Below, one piece after another: positions 1 to 10,225 of a DNA stretch of 32,000 nt (within the stretch, counting starts at the first letter, position 1; every line of letters starts with the position of its first letter). The translations under genes were made by a program, and so were the position numbers. Source of the stretch: Candidatus Saccharimonadota bacterium (GTDB lineage Bacteria > Pseudomonadota > Alphaproteobacteria > CAJXXZ01 > 1604HC). The DNA is taken from positions 30,001 through 62,000 of the forward strand of contig NZ_CP043316.1 of NCBI RefSeq assembly GCF_008189405.1, read 5' to 3'. The notes beneath the pieces were generated by a model that had not been told where the DNA came from, searched no databases, and saw only the letters and a list, made by a program, of their open reading frames with translations.

Positions 1-1
1 G

Positions 2-565
2 AAAATTGGATATATACGCTTAAAGCAGTATATTCACAATGTTTTAGCCAATCAAAGTACAAATTTACAATGTGATAAATCCCTTAATCTCCAATTAAAA
101 TTTGAGAAAATCATAGCAGAGGACAAATTATTATTAAAAAATATAAAATTTAGTATAGAAAAAGGCGAGTCTGTTTGTTTGTATGGTGAATCAGGGATTG
201 GCAAAACTACATTACTTCGTTATATTAATAACTCTATTAAAAATGCCAAAGGGCAGATAAGCTATGACGGCACTATGAGATGTTTATGTTTGCAGAATCT
301 GCAGAATTATATTTTGCTAATGCGTAAAAATAAAGTAGAATACTTATCTCAAGGAGAATTACAACAAGAATGTATTTCATGCTTGATAACAGATAAGCCA
401 GATTGGATTGTTTGGGATGAATTTTGCTTAGGGTTATCTCAGCAGAGTAAAGAAAAAGCATTTAATAGATTAAAATCATGCTTAATTAATACTGGGTTAA
501 TTATATTGTCTCAGGATAAGTTAGATTTTTGTGATAAGAGCATTGCTTTAGAAAGGTTCAAATGA
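2..565 (+). CDS. ABC transporter, C-terminal ATP-binding domain; 5' end lies outside the window
   Basis: The frame is open from the window edge, with no stop before 563-565. It has Walker A GESGIGKTT, a signature-like LSQGELQQ and a Walker B-like WIVWDE. The stop overlaps the next start (ATGA at 562-565). The ATPase domain looks unusually compact. Confidence 0.6.
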   Translation, partial: KIGYIRLKQYIHNVLANQSTNLQCDKSLNLQLKFEKIIAEDKLLLKNIKFSIEKGESVCLYGESGIGKTTLLRYINNSIKNAKGQISYDGTMRCLCLQNLQNYILLMRKNKVEYLSQGELQQECISCLITDKPDWIVWDEFCLGLSQQSKEKAFNRLKSCLINTGLIILSQDKLDFCDKSIALERFK

Positions 566-1392
566 TTATTTATAGAATACTCCCTTTTATTTATATTACA
601 TCCTATGTATCTATTCTATTTCTTATGAAACAGGTAAATCTAGATTCGAGTGTAAAGGCGTTAGTTAGGTTTGGTATTTCATTTTTAGCGTTGATGCCAT
701 TATTTGCATTCAATATACGTAAATTGAAAACGTATAACCATAAAGTATATTTACTGAGAGCATTAATTGCATCTTGCGCTGTGTTGCTTACTTATAAGGT
801 ATATAATAGCCTGCCTTTTGCAAGTGCTACATCTATATCTTTAAGTGAACCACTATTTAGTGCATTATTATCATTCTTAATACTAAGGGAAAGTATCTCT
901 ACTAAGAAGTGGATCATGCTATTTATGGGTTATATAGGGGTGATAGTATCGATATGGCCTATAGATTTCGCAAATAAATATATTATGCTTCAAGGATTTT
1001 TACTCATTGCTAATATACTTGTTTCATTCAATAGCATAATGATCAAACAGCTAAGTGTTAAAGAAAATGCTATAACTGTAATATTTTATTTATATGTATA
1101 TATTATTCCTGTATTGTTTTTGCTAAATATAATATTGGGTAACAGTGTGTGTATTGCTAATATGTTTACTTTCGAGAATATGAGAATATTGATTCCTATT
1201 GGAATCTTAGGTGCTTTTAATAATTTAATTATGATTTATTCTTTGAAAAAATTGCCAGTTTCTACATTTACATCTTCTCAGTATTTTAGAATATTCTTGG
1301 CTTCTGCAATGAGTTTTTACGCAGGAGAGCATATATCAGCAAGTGAAGTAATTGGAAGTATAATTATTGTCATTAGCTCTGCTTTTATATAG
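562..1392 (+). CDS. EamA/DMT-superfamily membrane transporter
   Basis: 276 aa and almost entirely hydrophobic, with about 10 predicted helices in two similar halves typical of EamA/RhaT-type carriers. Translationally coupled to the upstream ABC gene. The substrate cannot be inferred. Confidence 0.5.
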   Translation: MIIYRILPFIYITSYVSILFLMKQVNLDSSVKALVRFGISFLALMPLFAFNIRKLKTYNHKVYLLRALIASCAVLLTYKVYNSLPFASATSISLSEPLFSALLSFLILRESISTKKWIMLFMGYIGVIVSIWPIDFANKYIMLQGFLLIANILVSFNSIMIKQLSVKENAITVIFYLYVYIIPVLFLLNIILGNSVCIANMFTFENMRILIPIGILGAFNNLIMIYSLKKLPVSTFTSSQYFRIFLASAMSFYAGEHISASEVIGSIIIVISSAFI

Positions 1393-1605
1393 AAATTATA
1401 AAAACTGCAATCAAATATGGTTTATATTCAAAATTATTGTAATTTAACATAGTTTGAGTTAAAAATAGTAGTTTTATTGCTGAATATAAATTTTGGATAT
1501 TATAATATAATGATACAGTAGTATGCTTAGTATAATAATTTTTGAATAGAGAGTTATTTGTTTGAGTGTAGATGGCGCTATGCTGATTCTGACACTTTAA
1601 TTATT

Positions 1606-2001
1606 CTAAGCAATATTCCATTTTCCATTCTCTTCTTTCCATATTTTCCCTTTTGCTTTGTCTTCAGGTGGGTTCCATAGTATATTTTCTACACTATCAT
1701 ACTGATCATTAGCATGGTGGAAATAAATATGCACATCAAATTTTATGTTTTTCATATGATGATTGTTTCCTATATTATGCTTTTGAGTGCTTAAAACTAC
1801 AGGTTGCTCATTTAAATATTTATCATTTTCATCTCCATGCGGAAGAAATTTTCTAAACTTCCAAAATGCTTCATTTAAAATATCCATATCTTCTGCATTT
1901 TTTGTTATCAGTAATATTCTTTTATTGTATTTATATAACTTGTAAATTAGCTCAAATAAATTTCTTACAGATTTATCTATATTGCAAAAATAAGTAATCA
2001 T
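1606..2001 (-). CDS. holC: DNA polymerase III chi subunit
   Basis: 131 aa. The N-terminal pattern (..RILLITKNAEDMDILNEAFWKFRKFLPHGDEND...EQPVVLST) matches the conserved chi layout (R.L....... LD..LW....FLPH....QP..L.). Confidence 0.7.
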   Translation of the reverse strand: MITYFCNIDKSVRNLFELIYKLYKYNKRILLITKNAEDMDILNEAFWKFRKFLPHGDENDKYLNEQPVVLSTQKHNIGNNHHMKNIKFDVHIYFHHANDQYDSVENILWNPPEDKAKGKIWKEENGKWNIA

Positions 2002-2020
2002 AATTTATCTACCATGTTAT

Positions 2021-3184
2021 TTATGCTTGATCCATCATGTTTTTAAACATTACGATAAATAATGCTCCAGCTGATAATGATATTACTGTAGTAGAAATAA
2101 TCCAATTTGTTAGATATATTGAATTCTTATGAAAACTATATATGTTGATTAAAACAAATGAAAATTCACTAATTTGTGATAATAATACACTTGATTCTAA
2201 TGCAACTCTATCTTTCCAGCCTAAAATTTTTAAGCTAGATGTATTGATCAAAAGCTTGATCATAGTAATTACGCAAACTATAAGGCATATAGAAATAATG
2301 TTATGCATAATAAATACTATGTCAAATAATATTCCTATATATATAAAGAAAGACATCATCATCATTCCACTTAATGGAGCTGAAAAAGCTAATAATAGAT
2401 TTTTAGGCCCTGCATTCCCTAGTATAAATCCACATAAGAATGCTCCATATACGCCTGATAATCCTAGATACTCTGATATTGCTGCAAACCCAAAACATGA
2501 TGTTACTGAAATCAAAGCATTAATTTCAGCATTTTTGAAAACCCATGAGTTGAAAAATTTATGTACGATTTTTAGCTGTGCTTTGCTTAAGAACATTACA
2601 GTCCCAATCATACTTGCAATTGAAATAATAATTTTAATAAACAAGCTATGCATACTGTGATTAAAAATCAAACTTTTCAGAATCATAATCATAGGTGCTA
2701 ATGTTAAATCTTGTGCAATTAATATGCTTACCACCAAAGATTTAACAGGTGTGTTGATTTCATTAGAACTCTCCATGATTTTAATAGCTATTGCTGTGCT
2801 GCTTAATGCCATCATGCATGTTATTAATGCAATTGTTGCTGCATCTAATACAAAAAAACATGATATTAGCAAGCTAATTAGAAGTCCGAAAATAGTTTGA
2901 ATAGAAACGCAGGCAATGGCCGTTTTCCATACTTTTCTAAACTCATATACATTAAGCTTTAACCCTACAGTAAAAAGCATGATTAGCATCCCATAATCCC
3001 CTATGATTCTGATAACTTCAGGATTTTTAATCCATTTTAGCGTATAAGGTCCAAGAATAACTCCAGCAAAAATATATCCTAGAATTGGAGGCTGTTTCAT
3101 TTTTATAAATAACAACGACATTAAAGTACATGCAGTGAGCACAATAGCAATTTGATTGATTTCTGCAAATCCCATAGATATCAT
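2021..3184 (-). CDS. CPA2-type cation:proton antiporter (Kef/NapA-like membrane domain, no KTN domain)
   Basis: 387 aa polytopic membrane protein. The N-terminal motif QPPILGYIFAGVILGP is characteristic of the Na+/H+ exchanger (CPA2) family. Confidence 0.65.
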   Translation of the reverse strand: MISMGFAEINQIAIVLTACTLMSLLFIKMKQPPILGYIFAGVILGPYTLKWIKNPEVIRIIGDYGMLIMLFTVGLKLNVYEFRKVWKTAIACVSIQTIFGLLISLLISCFFVLDAATIALITCMMALSSTAIAIKIMESSNEINTPVKSLVVSILIAQDLTLAPMIMILKSLIFNHSMHSLFIKIIISIASMIGTVMFLSKAQLKIVHKFFNSWVFKNAEINALISVTSCFGFAAISEYLGLSGVYGAFLCGFILGNAGPKNLLLAFSAPLSGMMMMSFFIYIGILFDIVFIMHNIISICLIVCVITMIKLLINTSSLKILGWKDRVALESSVLLSQISEFSFVLINIYSFHKNSIYLTNWIISTTVISLSAGALFIVMFKNMMDQA

Positions 3185-3599
3185 TATCGCATATATTTAA
3201 TAAAAGTAAATTTGACAAATTATATTTCTGCAAGTTTTAAAGTAAATTTAGCATAAATTTATAGGAAATTTCATTTAGGCGCAGTATATTTATTACGAAA
3301 GAAATGTATTCTGCCAAACTATTGAAAGTATTATAGAAATAAAAAGTTTATAGGAAATCCATATAGAGTTTATAAAAACAACGGTGATCAATAAATCAGA
3401 ATGAATAAATTTAATAATTTCATAAAGGTAAATTTAGTATTTTTTAATTATATTTCTCATATTATTAATTTGAAGAAATAAATATTAACCAATCTCTAGG
3501 GTAGAAATAGATTGTAAGGCTATAAAAAGCTTGAAATATAAATGCCTAAAGTATAATGTATATTTGTGTTTTCTTGTCTAAAAAAAGTGAGTATTGAGA

Positions 3600-6143
3600 A
3601 TGTTTAAGTTTATAACTAATTTATTTAAAAGGTTATTTTGGAGTTCAAATAAAGTTTTACTTCATGATTTATGGAAGATAGTTGATCAAATAGATCAAAT
3701 AGATTTAAGTGATTTAACAGATCAAGATCTTTCTGCTATGACCATTACCCTAAAAGAAAGGCTGAAAAATGGAGAGTCTGTTGATGATATCCTAGTTGAT
3801 GCCTTTGCTATTGTACGTGAGGCTGCTCATAGAGTTTTAAATGAAAGGCCATACCGCGTGCAACTTCTAGGTGGAATTGCATTGCATAAAGGTATGATAT
3901 CTGAGATGAAAACAGGTGAAGGTAAAACTTTAGTTGCTGTTTTGCCAGCTTACTTGAATGCTTTGACAGGAGAAGGTGTTCATGTTGTTACTGTAAATGA
4001 TTATCTTGCTGAGCGAGATTCGAAATGGGTAGGAAAAGTATTTAAGTTCTTGGGCATGTCTGTCGGATGTATATTGCATCATATGGGTGATGAAGCTAGA
4101 AAGCAACAATATGCATGTGATATTACATACGCTACTAATAATGAGTTAGGGTTTGATTATTTAAGAGATAATCTGAAGATGAATAATGAAGAAGTTTGTC
4201 AAAGAAAATTACATTGTGCGATTGTTGATGAAATTGATAATATTCTTATAGATGAAGCTAGAACTCCTTTGATTATTTCTGGTCCATCAGAAGAAAGTTC
4301 TGGGCTTTATAATTGGGTACAAGATATCGTTTCACAACTTAATGAATCTCATTATGAAAAAGATGAAAAAAATCATACTGTAACCTTAAATGAAGATGGA
4401 ATGCATAAAATCGAAGATGTTATGCGTGAAGAGGGTGTATTAGAAAATGATAAAACATTATATGACCATCAACATATTGCACTTGTTCACCATATTAATC
4501 AGGCTTTAAAGGCTAATACTTTGTTTGTTAAAAATGTACATTATATGGTAAGTAAAGATGAAGTAAATATTATCGATGAGTTTACAGGTAGAATTATGCA
4601 TGGGCGTAGGTATTCTGATGGATTACATCAAGCACTTGAAGCTAAAGAAAATGTTGAAATTCAAAAGGAAAATCATACTTTAGCTTCTATTACTTTCCAG
4701 CGACTATTTAGAATGTACGATAAGTTATGTGGTATGACAGGAACTGCATCTACTGAAGCAGAGGAATTTGAAAAAACTTATAACTTAAGTATTGCGGTAA
4801 TTCCAACTAATAAAAAAGTTGTAAGAATTGATCATGAAGATGAAATTTATAGAACTTTAAAGGAAAAAATTAATGCTGTAGTTGCACTTGTAAAGATTTG
4901 TAATGCGAAGAAGCAGCCAGTTTTGTTGGGAACAAGTAGTGTAGAAAAATCTCAATTGTTCGCGCAAGCTTTAACTGAGCATGGAATTTTACATAGAGTG
5001 TTAAATGCAAAAAATCATGCTAATGAGGCTAAAATTATTGCGAATGCTGGTAAATTAGGTCATGTTACTGTTGTTACAAATATGGCTGGTAGAGGTACAG
5101 ACATTAAATTAGGTGGTAATGCGAAAATATTAGTTGAAGATGCAATTAAAGATATTGAGGACTCTGAGCAAGCTGAACAAGTAAAGGTTGATATAATTCA
5201 ACAAATTGATAATGAAAGAAATGAAGTATTGAAGGCTGGTGGTTTGTTTGTTATTGGAACTGAAAGACATGAAAGCAGAAGAATTGATAATCAGTTAAGA
5301 GGTCGAGCAGGGCGTCAAGGTGATAAAGGTGAATCTAAGTTCTTCTTATGCTTGGAAGATGATTTGATGAGGATATTTGCTTCTGGAAGTCTGGATTCTT
5401 GGTTGAAAACATTAGGCCTTAAAGAGGGTGAAGCAATTACTCATAAGATGGTAACAAGAGCAATTTCCAAAGCGCAGAAAAGAGTAGAAGCACATAACTT
5501 TGATATTAGGCAGCAAATGAAAAAGTATGCAGATATTAAAGAAGATCAAATGAGCTATGTTTATTCGTATAGGAAAGATGTTTTGCTTAATTTTGATTTT
5601 ACTGATTTGCAAAAGCTAGTTGATTCAGTTGTGACAAATGCTATTCAAAACTTCTTGCCACAGAGTAAAGATTGGGATGAAGATAAGCTATCAGAATATA
5701 TTGAAAGTGTATTTGGAATAGAAGTAGATATAAAATCAGCGGTTAAAGATAATGCTATTAATCAAATTGCCCTTTCAAATTATATTATAGATAAGCTGTC
5801 TATACATTTTGAACAGTTTAATAATGAGCAAATGGTGAGTATTGCTAAAATGGGCGTTCTGCAATCAATTGATGACCAATGGAGAAGTCATGTACAGAAT
5901 TTGGATTACTTAAAACAAGGTATCAGTCTTAAAGGTTATGCACAAAAAGATCCATTAGTAGAATATAAAAAAGAATCTTTTGAGTTGTTTGAGTCAATAT
6001 GGCCTGTAATTTACGAGAATTCTATAAGAAATCTAATAAACTGGCAAAGAAATATGTCAGAAAATATGCAGAACAGCATGCCAGATAATAATGTGTCAGA
6101 AAACCCTGATATTTCAAGTATTAATGGCCTTTTCAACGAATAG
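3600..6143 (+). CDS. secA: Preprotein translocase ATPase SecA
   Basis: Full-length similarity to SecA: MKTGEGKTLVA Walker A, DEIDNILIDEARTPLIISG DEAD-like motif, TNMAGRGTDIKLGG, and RIDNQLRGRAGRQGDKGES. The ATG at 3600 is preferred over the in-frame TTG at 3594. The C-terminus has no Cys-rich zinc-finger tail. Confidence 0.97.
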   Translation: MFKFITNLFKRLFWSSNKVLLHDLWKIVDQIDQIDLSDLTDQDLSAMTITLKERLKNGESVDDILVDAFAIVREAAHRVLNERPYRVQLLGGIALHKGMISEMKTGEGKTLVAVLPAYLNALTGEGVHVVTVNDYLAERDSKWVGKVFKFLGMSVGCILHHMGDEARKQQYACDITYATNNELGFDYLRDNLKMNNEEVCQRKLHCAIVDEIDNILIDEARTPLIISGPSEESSGLYNWVQDIVSQLNESHYEKDEKNHTVTLNEDGMHKIEDVMREEGVLENDKTLYDHQHIALVHHINQALKANTLFVKNVHYMVSKDEVNIIDEFTGRIMHGRRYSDGLHQALEAKENVEIQKENHTLASITFQRLFRMYDKLCGMTGTASTEAEEFEKTYNLSIAVIPTNKKVVRIDHEDEIYRTLKEKINAVVALVKICNAKKQPVLLGTSSVEKSQLFAQALTEHGILHRVLNAKNHANEAKIIANAGKLGHVTVVTNMAGRGTDIKLGGNAKILVEDAIKDIEDSEQAEQVKVDIIQQIDNERNEVLKAGGLFVIGTERHESRRIDNQLRGRAGRQGDKGESKFFLCLEDDLMRIFASGSLDSWLKTLGLKEGEAITHKMVTRAISKAQKRVEAHNFDIRQQMKKYADIKEDQMSYVYSYRKDVLLNFDFTDLQKLVDSVVTNAIQNFLPQSKDWDEDKLSEYIESVFGIEVDIKSAVKDNAINQIALSNYIIDKLSIHFEQFNNEQMVSIAKMGVLQSIDDQWRSHVQNLDYLKQGISLKGYAQKDPLVEYKKESFELFESIWPVIYENSIRNLINWQRNMSENMQNSMPDNNVSENPDISSINGLFNE

Positions 6144-6437
6144 TTAAGTGTGAAAATATATATTCATCAACAATGCTAATAAGCAAGATATGAAATAGCA
6201 GTAATGGTCAATATATGAATATAAAATATATTTTGTGTTTTATGAGATGGTCAAAACATGCTATATAAAAATCTCTCATATTTAATAACAAACTAATACA
6301 AGTGTATGTTTTGCTATAATTATTTTGTGAGCATGTTATGTTTTTGGTAAGTACTGTTAAGCCTAATTTTGAAATATATTTGACATTTCCTGTAAAATGC
6401 AGCATAAATCATATAAAAACATATCGAGGAGAAAATA

Positions 6438-8570
6438 GTGCAAAAAATATTTTTATTGTTTATCACGTCATGCATGTTTGCTATGCCTACATTTGATTCT
6501 TTACAAGCTCATGATGAAAAAGTGGAGAATGCGGCCGCTAATAGTGATAGTGTTGCCAATGACAGCGTTGTAGATGAGCAGCAGCATAGGAATAGTATGG
6601 CAGACAATAGCGATACAGATTCATTATATAGCAATACAGATACATTTTCAGAGACAGATTCTTCTGCATATACATCATCTGAATCACAGCATCTTATTTT
6701 AAAATACAGTTTGCATAATAAGATCACACCAAATGCAGCAAAGCGATTTGGAAGACTAATTAATAGAGAAGGTGAAAATAGAGAAGAAATTGATGAGGAC
6801 CGTTTTGCAGAAATAGTATATATATTGCAAGATATAGAATGTGCACAAAGAAATAATATTGTTAGAAGTGCGCAATATGATTTTGATCAATTTATCAATT
6901 TGAAAAAACATTTACTTGAATTGCATAACCAATTGTACGTTTTGCAAGATTCAGAGTGGAATGATAGGAATCAGAATCATGGTGACAGTATGCTATCTAG
7001 CGATGAGCTGGCAAACCGTATGAATTTAATTCATGAGGAGAAGCTTGAATCAGATCGATTAGCAATTGCTTATCAAGAATCAAAGTTATATTGCAAAATT
7101 GAAACAGGCAGAAAAATTGAAATGTTTGGTGGTTTGGTATATAAATATGGGCTATATGATGATCCATCGATTGGTAGCAATGAATTAATTGATGGATATT
7201 TTGATTTATATGAAAATGCAAATAGAGGATTTGTTTGTAATGATCAAGTAATGGCGTGGGAGCAATTGGTTGATAGAATGAATAAAGCCTACCAGCTTCA
7301 ATATCAAATAGTGACAAATAAGCTGATTCAACAATTAATGGCTAAAGATGCACAAAAGCAGGTAATAATTGAATCCCAAGCAAAGCAAATTGAAACACAA
7401 TCAATAGATATACAAGGTTTGGAAATCAAATTACAAGAGCAAAGAAGTGAATCTCAAATGCAAATCAAAATGTTAAAAACAAAGAACACTAAACAAGAAG
7501 AAGATATTAAAGAGCAGCAAAAGCATATAGATGAAATACAGCCAAAAATGTGGGGTAATTTATATACAGACACTTCCTTAGGATTGAGATTGTTAGTAAG
7601 CGATGGAGAAAATTTGCCTATTGAGTTCACACAAAAATTTAGTATGTCGAGTAAAGCATCAATATGTTCTTCATTCTTTCTTGGAACAAGTAGTGAAAAA
7701 GATGAAAATACTAAATTACTATGCATTACAACTAGTATCCCTGCTGCTATAAATACATTTGTATATAAAGGTTATATAGATATTTATGGTGGTTTGACCA
7801 TTGAAAGCTATATGGGGGCAGATCCTGAATTAGCAGAAACAAATTATATAGAAGATATATTTCATGCAAAGCAAAGATTAGAGTTAGAGAGAAGAATTGA
7901 AGAATTAGAAGATACTACTGAAGAAATAAGATTGAAAAAACAGTATTTAAAAAATATTGAAGAGTGTAAATTAAAAACTATAAAAATCAATGCATCTATT
8001 AAAGAAAGTAAAATGGAGAAAGAGGTTCTAGATAGATTTAAAATTGCTATTGAAATGGTTGAATTGTCTGAGCAATGTATTGATCTGCCTATTAATAGTA
8101 TATATCATGGGATGAATGGTCAGAATGATTTTCAATCTTTTATGCGATTGTATAATGAATACAAGGCGTTTTTGAATAGTACATGTGGAATGAGCATGCA
8201 TGGTAGAGTTATGGCTAGAGCTGTGCCTAAAAGCAGCATAACAAAAGAACTCTATAATGAATATTGCAGGAAAAATAAAATAGATGGATTTGTTGATTTG
8301 TTTAATAAAGAATTTGAGAGTTTCGAAAAATCATATCAAGTCACAAGAAATAATAATTATAAAGCATTGTATGAAACATTAAATCAATTAAGGCAACAAA
8401 AAAGCATGATTGACGCAAAGCGTAGATATGGGAAGTTAGAGCAAGAAAACACATTAAGGTTTGAAAATTATGAGAAGCAATTATCTGAAGCAAAGGAAAA
8501 AGAAGCTGAATATAAGAAATTGCTAAGTAGTATGACTGGTAAATTTGGTTCAATCTACAATTGTCGATGA
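6438..8570 (+). CDS. Secreted coiled-coil protein, paralog A (unknown family)
   Basis: GTG start with a GAGGA Shine-Dalgarno 8 nt upstream. N-terminal Sec-type signal peptide (MQKIFLLFITSCMFAMPTFDSLQA|HD), then an acidic Ser/Asp/Thr-rich tract, then long Glu/Lys/Gln-rich heptad-like regions. Shares conserved blocks with the ORF at 10226-12451. No recognisable catalytic motif. Confidence 0.75.
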   Translation: MQKIFLLFITSCMFAMPTFDSLQAHDEKVENAAANSDSVANDSVVDEQQHRNSMADNSDTDSLYSNTDTFSETDSSAYTSSESQHLILKYSLHNKITPNAAKRFGRLINREGENREEIDEDRFAEIVYILQDIECAQRNNIVRSAQYDFDQFINLKKHLLELHNQLYVLQDSEWNDRNQNHGDSMLSSDELANRMNLIHEEKLESDRLAIAYQESKLYCKIETGRKIEMFGGLVYKYGLYDDPSIGSNELIDGYFDLYENANRGFVCNDQVMAWEQLVDRMNKAYQLQYQIVTNKLIQQLMAKDAQKQVIIESQAKQIETQSIDIQGLEIKLQEQRSESQMQIKMLKTKNTKQEEDIKEQQKHIDEIQPKMWGNLYTDTSLGLRLLVSDGENLPIEFTQKFSMSSKASICSSFFLGTSSEKDENTKLLCITTSIPAAINTFVYKGYIDIYGGLTIESYMGADPELAETNYIEDIFHAKQRLELERRIEELEDTTEEIRLKKQYLKNIEECKLKTIKINASIKESKMEKEVLDRFKIAIEMVELSEQCIDLPINSIYHGMNGQNDFQSFMRLYNEYKAFLNSTCGMSMHGRVMARAVPKSSITKELYNEYCRKNKIDGFVDLFNKEFESFEKSYQVTRNNNYKALYETLNQLRQQKSMIDAKRRYGKLEQENTLRFENYEKQLSEAKEKEAEYKKLLSSMTGKFGSIYNCR

Positions 8571-8806
8571 ATATTGTAAATAGATGTTATAATTGGGTTA
8601 TTGAAGATTTTTACTATAAATTTCATTATAACTAATATATATTATTTCATTCATGCTTTTCATTCTTGTAAATTTACTATTATATAAAACGTTAAATAGA
8701 TTGATATTCCTAATATTTAGTACACTATTGGCGAAGTTGTCTGGCTGATTATTTTCATTTTTATATGTAATCTTGATTTTTTTTTGTATTTATACGATGA
8801 TTCATC

Positions 8807-9106
8807 ATGCGCGATTGTTTAATAACCGGATATAGAATTCAATTCGGACATAATGTAAGTCATGCTAACAACAAAACCAGACGTATATTCCTTGCAAATG
8901 TACATTCTAAGTACATTCTAAGTGAAAAGATGGGTAAAGTTAAAGTTAGCATATCACACAGAGGTGAAAGAACCTTAGATAAATATGGTGGGTTGGATCA
9001 ATTTTTGTTGAATGCAAAAAATAGAAGACTTACTGTGGATGCTAAAGTTTTGAAAAGAAAATTAGCAAAGCAAACAGCAAAACAGCTTAAAAAAGCTCAA
9101 GCTTAA
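8807..9106 (+). CDS. rpmB: 50S ribosomal protein L28
   Basis: MRDCLITGYRIQFGHNVSHANNKTRRIFLANVH matches the conserved L28 N-terminus (C..TGK....G...SHA.N.T.R.F.PN.). 99 aa, as in alphaproteobacterial L28. Confidence 0.9.
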   Translation: MRDCLITGYRIQFGHNVSHANNKTRRIFLANVHSKYILSEKMGKVKVSISHRGERTLDKYGGLDQFLLNAKNRRLTVDAKVLKRKLAKQTAKQLKKAQA

Positions 9107-9209
9107 TTTTCAACAGATACGCTTATTGATATCTAAATGCATTCTAAAAGCACAATCTTAAGTATATAAGGTATTTGTATGATACGCTGAAAATGTTAGC
9201 ATTAAGTCT

Positions 9210-9929
9210 ATGAAAATTGTAACATGGAATGTGAACTCAGTAAGGGTAAGATTGCCTTTATTAGAAGAGTTAATTAAAACAGAAAACCCAGATGTAATTT
9301 TATTGCAAGAAACGAAATGTATGAATGACGTTTTTCCACGTGAGTTTTTTGAATCATATAATTATCATTTAGCTATACATGGTCAGAAAACTTATAATGG
9401 AGTTGCAATAATATCGAAATATCCTATAGAAAATATTAAGTGTAATTTAGATGATGAATCTGTAGAAGCTAGATATATTGAAGGTTTTACAAATGGAAAA
9501 TATGTTGCATCTATTTATGTTCCATGTGGGAATAAATCTCCAGAAGCGTACGAATATAAGCAGAAATTCCTTAGTCAAGTAGCAAGTCGATGGGATAGTG
9601 ATGATGAGATTGTTTTAGGTGGGGATTTTAATGTAGCAATGTCAGATAAAGATATCCAAACCCCAGAAAAATGGGTAGGAAGTGTTTTGTGTACTCCAGA
9701 AGTTCGTAGTGAAATGCAAAAAGTTTTTGATAAAAGTTTTTTTGATGTTCATGTTGATCAATTTGGGAAAAATGACTTTACATGGTGGGATTACCGTAGA
9801 CCAAATGAAGGTTTGAGAATTGATTACATATTGGTGAAAAATATTGCTGGGAAACTAGAAACTTTACGAAAATACAGGCAGATGGAGCGTCCAAGTGACC
9901 ATGTGCCAGTTATGATTACGTTAACGTGA
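9210..9929 (+). CDS. xthA: Exodeoxyribonuclease III (AP endonuclease)
   Basis: MKIVTWNVNSVRVRL...PDVILLQETK, GGDFNVA, WWDYR and SDHVPV are the conserved EEP/ExoIII family motifs. Confidence 0.9.
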   Translation: MKIVTWNVNSVRVRLPLLEELIKTENPDVILLQETKCMNDVFPREFFESYNYHLAIHGQKTYNGVAIISKYPIENIKCNLDDESVEARYIEGFTNGKYVASIYVPCGNKSPEAYEYKQKFLSQVASRWDSDDEIVLGGDFNVAMSDKDIQTPEKWVGSVLCTPEVRSEMQKVFDKSFFDVHVDQFGKNDFTWWDYRRPNEGLRIDYILVKNIAGKLETLRKYRQMERPSDHVPVMITLT

Positions 9930-10175
9930 ATGTATATTTTATACCCAATTGTGACTGCATTAAGTTGAAATAGTACAATAAATAAAATAGCAAAATGTTT
10001 TTGCAAATCTATATAAGTTTATATAGAGTTGAGCTAGATTAGCTGCTCAAAAATATTGCAAATATTAGCATGATTCCCTTTTCTAAGCATATGAATTATC
10101 ATGATTTATACTTTTTATATTATGTGATTTATAGTAGACTTTATACGATTTTATAGCAGGTTAGTAAAAATTTAC

Positions 10176-10205
10176 TTGACTTTTGATCATTAAATGTACT
10201 ATAAG
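10176..10205 (+). promoter_or_regulatory. Candidate sigma70-type promoter for paralog B
   Basis: TTGACT (10176-10181), an 18-nt spacer, then TATAAG (10200-10205). A GAGGG Shine-Dalgarno lies just upstream of the ATG at 10226. AT-rich DNA yields many chance -10-like hexamers, so this is tentative. Confidence 0.3.
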
Positions 10206-10225
10206 ATTAGACAAGTGAGGGACAA

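Noticed and set aside
2142-2660. 172-aa plus-strand ORF inside the antiporter gene. Similar antisense or embedded ORFs occur at 273-461, 3027-3233, 5412-5612, 6509-6727, 6997-7317, 7454-7726, 8341-8553, 9824-10006, 10863-11045, 11633-11830, 12055-12378, 16077-16313, 16446-16637, 18700-18897, 21733-21998, 22706-23011, 23379-23567, 24660-24845 and 28099-28290.
   Set aside because: Each lies wholly within, or largely overlaps, a longer ORF with clear homology or coherent protein features on the other strand or in another frame. Their translations are low-complexity and typical of antisense reading of AT-rich genes.
3185-3593. 409-bp divergent spacer between the antiporter gene and secA, as a possible regulatory or ncRNA locus.
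   Set aside because: Divergent promoters plausibly account for it, and I could not identify any repeats, hairpins or conserved motifs.
6208-6405. 65-aa minus-strand ORF in the secA / paralog A spacer.
   Set aside because: It has no Shine-Dalgarno, its composition is typical of AT-rich non-coding sequence (Ile/Lys/Asn/Tyr-rich), and it has no recognisable motif. It more likely occupies the promoter region of paralog A.
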